From contig JAOUEV010000007.1 of NCBI GenBank assembly GCA_029858565.1, positions 44,569-108,568 on the forward strand: a stretch of 64,000 nucleotides of DNA, read 5' to 3'. The DNA is from Nitrospirota bacterium. GTDB taxonomy: Bacteria > Nitrospirota > UBA9217. The notes below the pieces were generated by a model. It was not told where the DNA came from. It saw only the letters and a list, made by a program, of their open reading frames with translations, and did not search any database. Each line of letters begins with the position of its first letter. Within the stretch, counting starts at the first letter, position 1. The translations under genes were made by a program, and so were the position numbers. Positions 28,232-37,449 of the stretch are shown piece by piece.

Positions 28232-28863
28232 TGAAGACGCCGGCGATCCTCGAAAAGATCCAGAAGATCCCGACCAAGACCCGTGCCATCGCATTTGGCG
28301 TGGTTACCGCATTGGTGACGATCCTGTTCATCTGGCAGGTCCACATTCCCAAGACGAGCGAGATCGGCAAGCTGGACACGGAGATCGCGGGCCTGGAAGC
28401 GACAATGCGCGACAATGACGCGAAGATCAAGAAGCTTGACATGTTGAAGGCCAAGGTCAAGGAGCTCCAGGAAAAGTTGAAGGTCCTGACCAAGCAGCTG
28501 CCACCTGAGTCGGAAGTGTCCGGCTTGCTGCGTGAGATCCAGAATCTGGTGAACAAGGCCGGCCTCACGCTCAAACTGTGGAAGCCCGATAAGAGAAAGC
28601 CCGGATGCAGCGGTATGTGTGAAGAGATACCAATCTCGCTGAAGCTCCTCGGCGGGTATCATAACGTCGCAATGTTCTACGACAGCGTCAGCAAGCTGAC
28701 CCGCATCGTGAACATTGCTAATGTCAAAATGGGCGGCGCCAAGGTGGGGAACAGCGGACTTATGGAGATCGAGATCGACTGTACCGCAATGACCTTCGCC
28801 GCGACGGAGAAAAAGATGGAAGAGAAGACAGCGGTGCCGGTAGCCGTTAAACAGGTTAAATAG
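28231..28863 (+). CDS. pilO: Type IV pilus assembly protein PilO
   Basis: QLP..EV..LL, GGYH..F...VSKL.RIV; synteny. Confidence 0.93.
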   Translation: MKTPAILEKIQKIPTKTRAIAFGVVTALVTILFIWQVHIPKTSEIGKLDTEIAGLEATMRDNDAKIKKLDMLKAKVKELQEKLKVLTKQLPPESEVSGLLREIQNLVNKAGLTLKLWKPDKRKPGCSGMCEEIPISLKLLGGYHNVAMFYDSVSKLTRIVNIANVKMGGAKVGNSGLMEIEIDCTAMTFAATEKKMEEKTAVPVAVKQVK

Positions 28864-28864
28864 C

Positions 28865-29413
28865 ATGCGAAATAAAATCTCATTCTTGATTTCCATGGTG
28901 ATTGCCGGGATGCTGCTTGGGGGCTGCTCAGACTCAGCTAAACCTGCGCCACCGGCACCGGTCGCTCCCACGCCGATAGCGACGACGCCGACCGTCACGG
29001 CGCCGGTCTCGGCAGCGACCGTGACCAGTGCGCCGTCATCAACGGTCGCAGCTCCGGTCGCCTATGCCTACAATCCACAGGGTCGACGGGATCCCTTTAC
29101 TCCCCTTATTCTCAAGGAGGAGAAAAAGGCGTTTATCGGCGCGAGAACGCCGCTGGAACGGTATGCTATCCATGAGTTCAAGCTGGCAGGGATCGTATGG
29201 GGCGGTCTCGGGTATCATGCCATGCTCGAGGGGCCCGATGGCAAGGGGTATTTCGTGAAGGAGAAAACGATCATCGGTCCGAACCGCGGTATTGTCAGGA
29301 GGATCACCCAGAGCAATATGATCGTTGAAGAGCGGTATCGCGATCCGTCCGGGGAAATGAAAAAGAAGGAAATCGTCATCGAGCTTCGCAAATCACAGGA
29401 GGGGACACCATGA
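28865..29413 (+). CDS. pilP: Type IV pilus lipoprotein PilP
   Basis: Lipobox LGGC, RDPF, PLERY, GIVW; synteny. Confidence 0.92.
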   Translation: MRNKISFLISMVIAGMLLGGCSDSAKPAPPAPVAPTPIATTPTVTAPVSAATVTSAPSSTVAAPVAYAYNPQGRRDPFTPLILKEEKKAFIGARTPLERYAIHEFKLAGIVWGGLGYHAMLEGPDGKGYFVKEKTIIGPNRGIVRRITQSNMIVEERYRDPSGEMKKKEIVIELRKSQEGTP

Positions 29414-31806
29414 ATGTCCAGACACCCCTTAGTAGTATCACATCCCGGGGAGACTCGAGAAGGGGCGTGAGCCGCGCTGCCGGGAAACTGGGCTGCTGGC
29501 TCATCGTCCTCGCACTAGGATCGATGCTGCTCGTAAGCGGCTGCGGTCGCAAGAAGCCTCCGGTCGAGGAACTCCCCAAGGCTCTCACTATCCAGTCGAT
29601 CACGCCGCGGGTAGCCGACTCCCGCATGGAGATCGTTATCGAAGGAAGTGAATCCATTCTGCAATACACCTCATTTCAGTTGACCGAACCGCTCCGGCTG
29701 GTCGTCGACATCACCGATGCGGACCTGGGCACTCTGCGGGATAAGATCGTTGTTCAGAAGGGGCCGGTCATCGATATTACGCCAAGCCAGATCGACAATA
29801 TCGCCCGCCTGGAGATCGTTCTTTCCCAGCCGGTCGACAGCAAGGTGTTCCATTCCCTTGGCAAGCTGATGATCGAGTTGGGCAAACCGGTGGAGACCAC
29901 CAAAGCCACTCCCGAGGAGGTGATAGCCTCACCTTCGACCGAGCCTGAATCGGCTCCGAAACCCGAGGTCGCCGCAGGTCCCCCTGCGAAGGTCGTCAAA
30001 GCCGTCCAGGCCACGGCGACCAAGGATGGCAGCACAATTGTGATCACCGGTGACGGAACCATGAAGCCGAATACCTTCATGATCGAGGGCAAGAAGCTGG
30101 TGATCGATATCCCGTCGACAAAAAGCCGCGTGCGGCAAAAAGTAATTCCGGTACGCAAAGGCGGGATCGACAAGGTCCGCGTGGGTCAGCATGGCGCTCC
30201 GGACCAGAAAGTCCGCGTTGTCGTTGATCTGAAAAAACAGATGGATTATACCGTAACGCCCGAGGGGAACACGCTGATCGTGGCATTCGTGCCCGCGGCT
30301 GCGAAGGCGGAAGAAGCCCCTCAGGAGCGGGCAGCGCAGGCGCCTGAGGCTGCACCGGCAGCGGTCGAGAAAGAAGTCGCGCAAACCGCGGCAGTGCCTC
30401 AGCCCGGCGACGCTGCGCCTGCGTCCGTGATCGCCGAAGCAGCTCCGGCCAAGCCCGAGCCGTCGCCAATAAAGCCGGAAGCCGCGCCGACACAGAACGT
30501 GATCGGCACGCCTGATATCCTCGTGGGAGGGAAAAAATACACGGGCCGCAGGATATCCCTTGATCTGCAGGATGCGGACCTGGTGAATGTCCTTCGTCTG
30601 TTCGGTGAACTGGCGAACTTGAACATGATCCTTGCTCCGGACGTAAAGGGCAAGGTCACGGTCAGGCTGGTCAACATTCCCTGGGACCAGGCCATGGAGA
30701 TCATCCTGAAGATGAACGGCCTCGGTTACGTGATCGAGGACAGCATCCTTAGGATCGCGAGCCAGGCAGCTTTGGCAAAGGAAGCAGACGAGGAGCTGAG
30801 GACCAAGGAAGCCAAGAAGAAGGTCGAGGACCTGATCACTCGCCTCATCCCGATCAACTATTCAACCGCCTCAGGCATAGAAGCGACGATAAAGAAGTCC
30901 CTTTCTGCGCGAGGTGAGACTGTTGTGGACGGCCGGACCAATACGCTGATCGTGAAGGATATCTCCCGCAACATGGAGGACATTGTCGAGCTTATCAAAC
31001 GGCTCGACCGTCCTACCCCCCAGATCATGATCGAGGCACGGATCGTGGAAGCCTCGCTCAACTTCAACCGGACTATCGGCGTGCAGTGGGGCGGGGGATT
31101 CAATGCGTCCGCGGCAACGGGAAACCCGACGGGATTATCATTCCCCAATTCCGTTGGTGTTACCGGCGGCCCGACGATGGGGCAGACACCGTCAGGAAGC
31201 GGGAACTATTTTGTCAACATTCCGGCGCCTGCAGGCGCGGGGACCGGCGGCGGCGCTGTCGGCATCAGTTTCGGCTCGCTCAGCAAGGCGCTGAACCTTG
31301 ATCTGGTGCTTTCGGCGATGGAGTCGACCGGTGAAGGCAAGGTTATATCAACGCCGCGCGTCAGCGCCCTTGACAATAAGGAAGCCAAAATCGAACAGGG
31401 CGTGTCGATCCCCTTCGCGACTTCTCAGGCCGGCGGCGCGACGAATGTGCAGTTCATCGATGCCAAACTATCACTTATTGTGACGCCCCATGCAACACCG
31501 GACAACAAGATCTATCTTAAGATCAAGGCAGCCAAGAACGCGCCGGACACATCGCTGCTGGGTGCTTCGGGACAGCCGTCGATCCGCAAGAACGAAGCGG
31601 AAACCGAGATCCTGCTCACCGACGGCGAGACAGCGGTGATCGGCGGCATTCTTATTGTCGATCGGGGTCAGACCATCAGTAAGATTCCGTTCTTTGGAGA
31701 CCTTCCTTTGATCGGCTGGTTGTTCAAGAGCAAGTCAACGCGCGAAGAAAAGCGTGAACTTCTGATCTTTATCACGCCGCGGGTGATCAAGCAGGAGATT
31801 ATATAG
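29410..31806 (+). CDS. pilQ: Type IV pilus secretin PilQ with AMIN domains
   Basis: RLVVD AMIN repeats, YTGRRISLD, VPWDQA-like IPWDQA, QIMIEARIVE, KIPFFGDLPLIGWLF, ELLIFITP; start uncertain. Confidence 0.95.
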   Translation: MNVQTPLSSITSRGDSRRGVSRAAGKLGCWLIVLALGSMLLVSGCGRKKPPVEELPKALTIQSITPRVADSRMEIVIEGSESILQYTSFQLTEPLRLVVDITDADLGTLRDKIVVQKGPVIDITPSQIDNIARLEIVLSQPVDSKVFHSLGKLMIELGKPVETTKATPEEVIASPSTEPESAPKPEVAAGPPAKVVKAVQATATKDGSTIVITGDGTMKPNTFMIEGKKLVIDIPSTKSRVRQKVIPVRKGGIDKVRVGQHGAPDQKVRVVVDLKKQMDYTVTPEGNTLIVAFVPAAAKAEEAPQERAAQAPEAAPAAVEKEVAQTAAVPQPGDAAPASVIAEAAPAKPEPSPIKPEAAPTQNVIGTPDILVGGKKYTGRRISLDLQDADLVNVLRLFGELANLNMILAPDVKGKVTVRLVNIPWDQAMEIILKMNGLGYVIEDSILRIASQAALAKEADEELRTKEAKKKVEDLITRLIPINYSTASGIEATIKKSLSARGETVVDGRTNTLIVKDISRNMEDIVELIKRLDRPTPQIMIEARIVEASLNFNRTIGVQWGGGFNASAATGNPTGLSFPNSVGVTGGPTMGQTPSGSGNYFVNIPAPAGAGTGGGAVGISFGSLSKALNLDLVLSAMESTGEGKVISTPRVSALDNKEAKIEQGVSIPFATSQAGGATNVQFIDAKLSLIVTPHATPDNKIYLKIKAAKNAPDTSLLGASGQPSIRKNEAETEILLTDGETAVIGGILIVDRGQTISKIPFFGDLPLIGWLFKSKSTREEKRELLIFITPRVIKQEII

Positions 31807-31824
31807 TATTTTAGGAGGTCTAAC

Positions 31825-32427
31825 ATGCGGACCGTAAAGCAATATTCTATTATTATCATCTCTCTTGTTCTATTATCGGGTGTGTTGCTGACCAGTTGCG
31901 GTCAGCCGATCGCGGACGCTCTGGGGTGTCCCGCAGGCACGTATCTGGCGAACTCAACGGACATTATTACAGGTCCTGCTGATGTGAACTTCACGGGGCT
32001 GTCTGTTTTCAATAACCCATACCCGGGGGGGACCGTGAACTTAGCACCTCTCACGTTTATAGTGACAGATAGTAGAGGTGTGCCGCGCAACAATGTCTGT
32101 TTACTGCTTTATACCGGTGACACAAGTGCCAGCCCTGGTCCCTTTTGGTATGCCGACGCAAATTATGCAGCCGGAGCAGTGATCTACGGGGCAGGTCCTT
32201 TTAATGCCCGCACTGTTGTTACGAATGACGCTGGTGGTGCAACAGTGTATTGGTCAACTGCTACCCTGCCAGCAGCCATTCCTAAAACGATGGATACGGT
32301 AGGGCCGCCACCGACCTACATCGCAGGAGGGGATCTGACCGGCACATCATTCATTCAAGTTGATTCCGGCGCGCAATCTCTGAAATTCAATGTGAATTGG
32401 ACGGTACAGGGTGAGCCGGAATCATAA
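31825..32427 (+). CDS. Hypothetical lipoprotein
   Basis: AGGAGG RBS; lipobox LTSC; beta-rich; 18 bp after pilQ. Confidence 0.75.
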   Translation: MRTVKQYSIIIISLVLLSGVLLTSCGQPIADALGCPAGTYLANSTDIITGPADVNFTGLSVFNNPYPGGTVNLAPLTFIVTDSRGVPRNNVCLLLYTGDTSASPGPFWYADANYAAGAVIYGAGPFNARTVVTNDAGGATVYWSTATLPAAIPKTMDTVGPPPTYIAGGDLTGTSFIQVDSGAQSLKFNVNWTVQGEPES

Positions 32428-32713
32428 AATATGCAGTGCAAATAAATGACTCTCAAGATGACGGCGGTCAAGTCGTGAAAAGAGTGGTATAATCTATAAA
32501 GAATAATTGCTTGAAGCACGCAAAAAGCGACAGCGGTGAACCGGGCGGTAATATCCGCAGTTATTGAATGTCTCCACGATTGATTCATGCGATGCATATG
32601 AGTGTGCGGAGTGGATCCTCAGAAACTCCAGACTTCGCTGCGAATGACATGAAGGATTTCACAAGGAAACTTTTGAGAACGGTCGTTTTTGAAAAGCGAC
32701 GAGGAGTAATGTT

Positions 32714-34813
32714 ATGAAAAAGCGACTTGCCATTCCAACGTTTCTTATCGTTATGCTGTTCCTGTCCGGCTGCACTGGCGGAGATTTCAACGGCACGGGT
32801 GTGAAAAGTGGGCTGGGCACTGACGTCACGCCACCAACCGTGCTCGGTACCGTTCCCGCAGCCGGTGCTACGGGTGTTGGAATCTACGACACAATTTGGG
32901 CGAATTTCTCCGAGCCGATCGACACTTTCACCGTGGACTCCGTTTCCTTCACTTTGACGACCGGCGGCACGTCCGTGCTCTGCGGAGTGGGCACCTGGGG
33001 CGACACATGGGCTTATATTAGTCCTTATACAGCATTAGCCTACGACACGGTCTACACAGCGACCATAACGACCGCGGTAAAGGACAAGGCCGGGAACGCT
33101 TTTGCGGCAAACTATACCTGGACCTTCACCACGACCAGTGCGGCCGATATTATACGGCCGACGGTGATCGTGACTTCGCCGATCTCAAGCGCGACCGGCG
33201 TGTCGATAAACACGATTGTTACCGCAGGTTTCAGCGAAGCGCTGAATTCCGGTACGATCGCGCCGGCTACGTTCTACCTAACCGCGGGGACCGCTTCGAC
33301 TGTCGTCAGCACGGTGTCGTATACAAACGCCGTCGCGACGCTTACACCTTCATCGGCATTGGCTTCCAATACGACCTATACCGCGACCCTGACCACGGGA
33401 GTGGCGGACCTGGCTGGGAATGCGCTTGTGGCAAATTATAACTGGTCTTTCACCACAGTTGCTGCGCCATCGATCACAACAGCAACGCTTCCGGACGGCA
33501 CAGAGACGGGTGTATACTCATATACGTTGACGGGTGCTGGCGGCATTACACCCTATGTGTGGAGCACGACGACCACGACAATGCCTTCCGGTCTCAGCCT
33601 GAGTTCCGCTGGCGTACTGAGCGGCACTCTTGCAGCTGGCACGGCCGCGGGCAGTCCTTATACGATCGACGTTACGCTGACCGATGCCGACGGATTGACT
33701 GCGACAAGATCGCTCACTTTGACCGTCGGGGCAGGTCCGGCCGTGGTTGAAAACACGCTCCTGCAGGGGACTGAGACAGGTGCGTATTCCCAAACCCTTA
33801 CCGGAACAGGCGGCGCGGCTCCTTATACGTGGAACGCGACGGGTCTTCCCAGCGGGGTGACGCTCTCGACGGCCGGACCGTCTGCGACGACGGCATTGAC
33901 CAGTTCATCCATCCTTGCCGCAGCAGGGACCTACACGATAACAGTAACTGTTACGGATTCAGGCGGGCTATCGGCCAACAAGGACCTGGCGTTGGTCGTC
34001 AATGCGGTTCCCACGGTATCGACCGCGTCTCTGGCTGATGCGGGGATGGGTGCCGGATACGGTCCGGCTACGCTCACAGGTAGCAATGGGACGACACCCT
34101 ACTCATCATGGAGCGCGACGCCTCTTCCGGCGGGGATGACGTTCGACACCTCGACCGGGATTCTGAGCGGAACGCCTTCCGGCCCCACCGGGACCTTCGA
34201 TATTGGGTTTACGGTCACAGATGCGAAAACTGTCACAAGCGCGACAACGACGCTTCCGCTGACCATTCGGCCGACGATAACCACGACATCGTTGCTTGAT
34301 TCAACAGAAACAGGAACAACCTATTCCATGACATTAGCTGCGACTGGCACAGGACTCCTGACCTGGAGCCAGAGCGGATTGCCTGCGGGATTGCTTTTCA
34401 ATACCGGGACGGGAGAGATCTCGGGCGCGCCGAATGCGGGCACTGCAGGCACCTATGCAGTGGGCTTTACCGTAACGGATTCGACGCCGGTAACGAGTGC
34501 GACCGTGACGCTATCCCTCGTCGTCAATGCGACACCGACGATCACTACGGCATCGCCGTTAACGCAGTGGTCTGCCGTAAACGGACCGCAATCGGTAACG
34601 TTCACCACGAGCAATGGAACTGCGCCGTTCACCTGGTCCTCGACTGATCTGGCAGGGGTCGCACCCTGGCTAACGCTCAGCACCGCGGGAGTGCTGTCCG
34701 GAGATGCCACGACCGCAGGTATCGCATCAGGCACGTCCTATACGTTCAACATCACTGCAACGGACAAGTGGGGCGTGGTAACCGCGCGCACTTATGTTCT
34801 GAACGTGCAATAG
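32714..34813 (+). CDS. Thr-rich surface lipoprotein with Ig-like repeats (2 Big_5-like and ~5 putative-Ig repeats)
   Basis: Lipobox LSGC; PPTV..P..GAT.V..FSEP.. D.AGN..Y.W.FTT twice; ITT..L..G..PY.WS..LP.G..G.LSG.P repeats. Confidence 0.85.
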   Translation: MKKRLAIPTFLIVMLFLSGCTGGDFNGTGVKSGLGTDVTPPTVLGTVPAAGATGVGIYDTIWANFSEPIDTFTVDSVSFTLTTGGTSVLCGVGTWGDTWAYISPYTALAYDTVYTATITTAVKDKAGNAFAANYTWTFTTTSAADIIRPTVIVTSPISSATGVSINTIVTAGFSEALNSGTIAPATFYLTAGTASTVVSTVSYTNAVATLTPSSALASNTTYTATLTTGVADLAGNALVANYNWSFTTVAAPSITTATLPDGTETGVYSYTLTGAGGITPYVWSTTTTTMPSGLSLSSAGVLSGTLAAGTAAGSPYTIDVTLTDADGLTATRSLTLTVGAGPAVVENTLLQGTETGAYSQTLTGTGGAAPYTWNATGLPSGVTLSTAGPSATTALTSSSILAAAGTYTITVTVTDSGGLSANKDLALVVNAVPTVSTASLADAGMGAGYGPATLTGSNGTTPYSSWSATPLPAGMTFDTSTGILSGTPSGPTGTFDIGFTVTDAKTVTSATTTLPLTIRPTITTTSLLDSTETGTTYSMTLAATGTGLLTWSQSGLPAGLLFNTGTGEISGAPNAGTAGTYAVGFTVTDSTPVTSATVTLSLVVNATPTITTASPLTQWSAVNGPQSVTFTTSNGTAPFTWSSTDLAGVAPWLTLSTAGVLSGDATTAGIASGTSYTFNITATDKWGVVTARTYVLNVQ

Positions 34814-34833
34814 CAAGAGAATAAGTAGTCGCC

Positions 34834-34872
34834 AGCCCATGTGTTCTTTGGAGCACATGGGCTTTTTTATTT
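34834..34872 (+). terminator. Rho-independent terminator
   Basis: AGCCCATGTGTTC-loop-GAGCACATGGGCT followed by a T-run. Confidence 0.85.
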
Positions 34873-35039
34873 AACAGTCGCGGGCAGACGATCTATCCGT
34901 GAATATGTCAAAAGGTTTTTTACGTGTATCGAGCTGAATGCTGCAGGTAAAGAATTTGTGTTGTTTCGTCGGTGATGTGCAGGTAATATGAACATGCTTT
35001 GAATCGAAATTATTCACACTCAGGGAGTGCTTAGTTCAA

Positions 35040-35726
35040 ATGTTAAAGCGTAAACAGGATATTCGAGATGCACTTGATCGGAATGACCTTGCTGTCGTCA
35101 TCTCCGCTGCCAAGGAGGATAAAAAGGTTATTTCGCTTCTCGTGAGGGTTTCTTATGACAAGGAAACTCTTGTAGGCTGGCGGGCGATCAAGGCCATGGG
35201 TCTTATCGCTCGAGAGATGGTGAAGTCCGATCCCAAATTCCTGCGTGAGGCCTGTCGTAAACTGCTCTGGTCCTTGAGCGACGAGTCCGGCGGGATCGGA
35301 TGGTCGGCTCCCGAGCTTCTTGGCGAGATAGTAAGCGCTAATCCTTCGCGATTTACCGACATCGTTCCGCTTATAGCCGAGGTATACTCTGTTGAAGAGG
35401 ATGTATTCCGGTCCGGTGTTGTGTATGCTCTTGCCAGAATAGCCGAGACCCATCCGGGGCTGGTGGTAACGCAGCAAAAAATAATCATATCGTCCCTAGT
35501 AGACAAGGACCCGCTTGTTCGTATTTATGGTCTGAAGCTGGTCGGGCTGGTGTGGGACGAAGCGCTCCGTTCTAATGCGTGGACGGATGTGTATAAACAA
35601 AAGGTCCAGGAAACAGTCCGGCAACTGAAACAAGATATAGCAGATGCCTGGATTTATAAAGATACCGGATTTTCGTCTATTATGGTAAATGACATTGCGC
35701 TAATAATCTATAATAAAATAAGTTAA
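35040..35726 (+). CDS. HEAT-repeat protein (DVU0298-like family)
   Basis: LLWSLSDESGGIGWSAPELLGEI signature; helical repeats. Confidence 0.75.
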   Translation: MLKRKQDIRDALDRNDLAVVISAAKEDKKVISLLVRVSYDKETLVGWRAIKAMGLIAREMVKSDPKFLREACRKLLWSLSDESGGIGWSAPELLGEIVSANPSRFTDIVPLIAEVYSVEEDVFRSGVVYALARIAETHPGLVVTQQKIIISSLVDKDPLVRIYGLKLVGLVWDEALRSNAWTDVYKQKVQETVRQLKQDIADAWIYKDTGFSSIMVNDIALIIYNKIS

Positions 35727-35755
35727 TTCAATTAGTTATATTTTTTTGCCAATAA

Positions 35756-35785
35756 CTTGACAATAATTCACTCATATTTTATAAT
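35756..35785 (+). promoter_or_regulatory. Consensus sigma70 promoter with overlapping HAIR-like HspR operator
   Basis: TTGACA(35757-62)-17 nt-TATAAT(35780-85); CTTGACA-N7-ACTCATA versus HAIR consensus CTTGAGT-N7-ACTCAAG. Confidence 0.75.
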
Positions 35786-35814
35786 GTAATTACTATAAGA
35801 TAGGGGCATAAATC

Positions 35815-36957
35815 ATGACGCAAGCAGCAAAAAAAGATTATTACGAGATCCTTGGAGTGGAGAAGAAAGCATCGCCTGCCGAGATAAAGAAAGCCTTCCG
35901 CAAGCTCGCGCGAAAATATCATCCTGATGTGAATCCCGGAGATAAGTCGTCGGAGCAAAAGTTCAAGGAGCTGAATGACGCATATGAGGTTCTTTCCGAC
36001 ACCAAGAAACGGAAGCAGTATGATGAGTTCGGTCATGCAGCTTTTGACGCGGGCTACGGACAGACAGGAGGCCAGCAGGGTGGTTTCGGGTTCGAAGGTT
36101 TCGGGTCACAGGGAGCGGAATATTTCAGCGGACGAGGATTCGAGGATATATTCGGGAATATGTTCGGCGACCGCGCTGCCCGTGCCCGGGGATCGCAAAA
36201 AGGCGAAGATGTCAGCTATTCGGTCGAGGTGAATCTCGATGATGCGATCTTTGGAACGACCATGCAGGTCGATCTTCAGCGCGAAGTGAATTGTGCGACC
36301 TGTGGCGGCAGCGGAGCGCAGCCCGGAACCTCTCGTCGCACCTGTCCGACCTGCCAGGGCTCGGGCAGCATCAATCAGGGCAGGGGGTTTCTTCATATGC
36401 CCCAGGCTTGCCCGAATTGCCGGGGAGAAGGCACGATTATCAGCAGCCCCTGCAGATCCTGCGGCGGCAGGGGGCAGATTCCCAGGTCTGAGCGGATCAA
36501 TGTCAAGATACCGCCGGGGGTGGACAACGGATCCAAAGTGCGCATGGCGGGCATGGGCGGTCCGGGAAGCCAAGGAGGACCGGCTGGTGATGTGTATATC
36601 ATCACCCGTGTTCGTCCTCATGCCTACTTCGAGCGCAAAGGAGACAATCTGCACTCCGAGGCAAAAGTGACAGTGAAGGAAGCCGCACTTGGCGAGAAGA
36701 TCGAGATACCTTCAGTTGACGGCATGGTATCGCTTACCCTGCCGCAAGGGGTGCAGTCAGGGCAGCAGCTCAAGCTCAAGGGGAAAGGCGTGCCGCATTT
36801 CGGCGGAGGTGGAAGGGGAGACCATTACGTGACCATTCAGGTGGTGACGCCGTCCCTTCTTTCCGAGCAGGGAAAGGAACTGCTCAGACAACTTGATCGG
36901 ATGCATCCCGCGGACCCGAGAAGGGATATTACCTTCCGGGGGTTTACTAAACGATGA
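35815..36957 (+). CDS. dnaJ: Chaperone DnaJ
   Basis: [14 protein letters not shown]-rich linker, four CxxCxGxG repeats. Confidence 0.96.
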   Translation: MTQAAKKDYYEILGVEKKASPAEIKKAFRKLARKYHPDVNPGDKSSEQKFKELNDAYEVLSDTKKRKQYDEFGHAAFDAGYGQTGGQQGGFGFEGFGSQGAEYFSGRGFEDIFGNMFGDRAARARGSQKGEDVSYSVEVNLDDAIFGTTMQVDLQREVNCATCGGSGAQPGTSRRTCPTCQGSGSINQGRGFLHMPQACPNCRGEGTIISSPCRSCGGRGQIPRSERINVKIPPGVDNGSKVRMAGMGGPGSQGGPAGDVYIITRVRPHAYFERKGDNLHSEAKVTVKEAALGEKIEIPSVDGMVSLTLPQGVQSGQQLKLKGKGVPHFGGGGRGDHYVTIQVVTPSLLSEQGKELLRQLDRMHPADPRRDITFRGFTKR

Positions 36958-37012
36958 CAGGACGGGAAAGACCGGGAGCTGGAGAAAAAGACAGTGAGGA
37001 GCGGGGTGACAC

Positions 37013-37393
37013 ATGGTTGCACGGGGGCATAAGCTGTACATGATCAGTGTTGTGTCGGAAATGCTCGGCATCCATCCGCAGACGCTCAGGCTTTACGAGC
37101 GGGAAGGATTCATCAAGCCCAAACGGAGCGGAGGGAACACCCGGCTTTACTCTGAGGAGGACGTGGAAAAGCTGGAGATGGTCCTCCGGCTTACCCGTGA
37201 GCTGGGTGTGAACCTGGCCGGAGTCGAGATCATCCTGTCCATGCGCGAGAGGATGGAACAGATGCAGCGCGACATGGACGAGACGGTGATGCGCTTGCGC
37301 GAGGAGCTTGCCCGGGAAATGCAGAGACGCGTTGAAACACGGAACGCCCTGGTCCCGGTACGAAGGATCATTGTCCGGAGGGAAGAAGAGTAA
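37013..37393 (+). CDS. hspR: Heat-shock repressor HspR (MerR family)
   Basis: YMISVVSEMLGIHPQTLRLYEREG..PKRSGGNTRLYS, GVNLAGV; lies between dnaJ and clpB. Confidence 0.9.
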   Translation: MVARGHKLYMISVVSEMLGIHPQTLRLYEREGFIKPKRSGGNTRLYSEEDVEKLEMVLRLTRELGVNLAGVEIILSMRERMEQMQRDMDETVMRLREELAREMQRRVETRNALVPVRRIIVRREEE

Positions 37394-37449
37394 AGGCGTG
37401 AAGCCGATGAACGAAGAAGGTATGTAGGCGGGGGGTAGCGGAGGAGCAC

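Noticed and set aside
32500-32713. c-di-GMP or other riboswitch in the long leader of the Ig lipoprotein
   Set aside because: No recognisable GEMM or other riboswitch consensus by eye.
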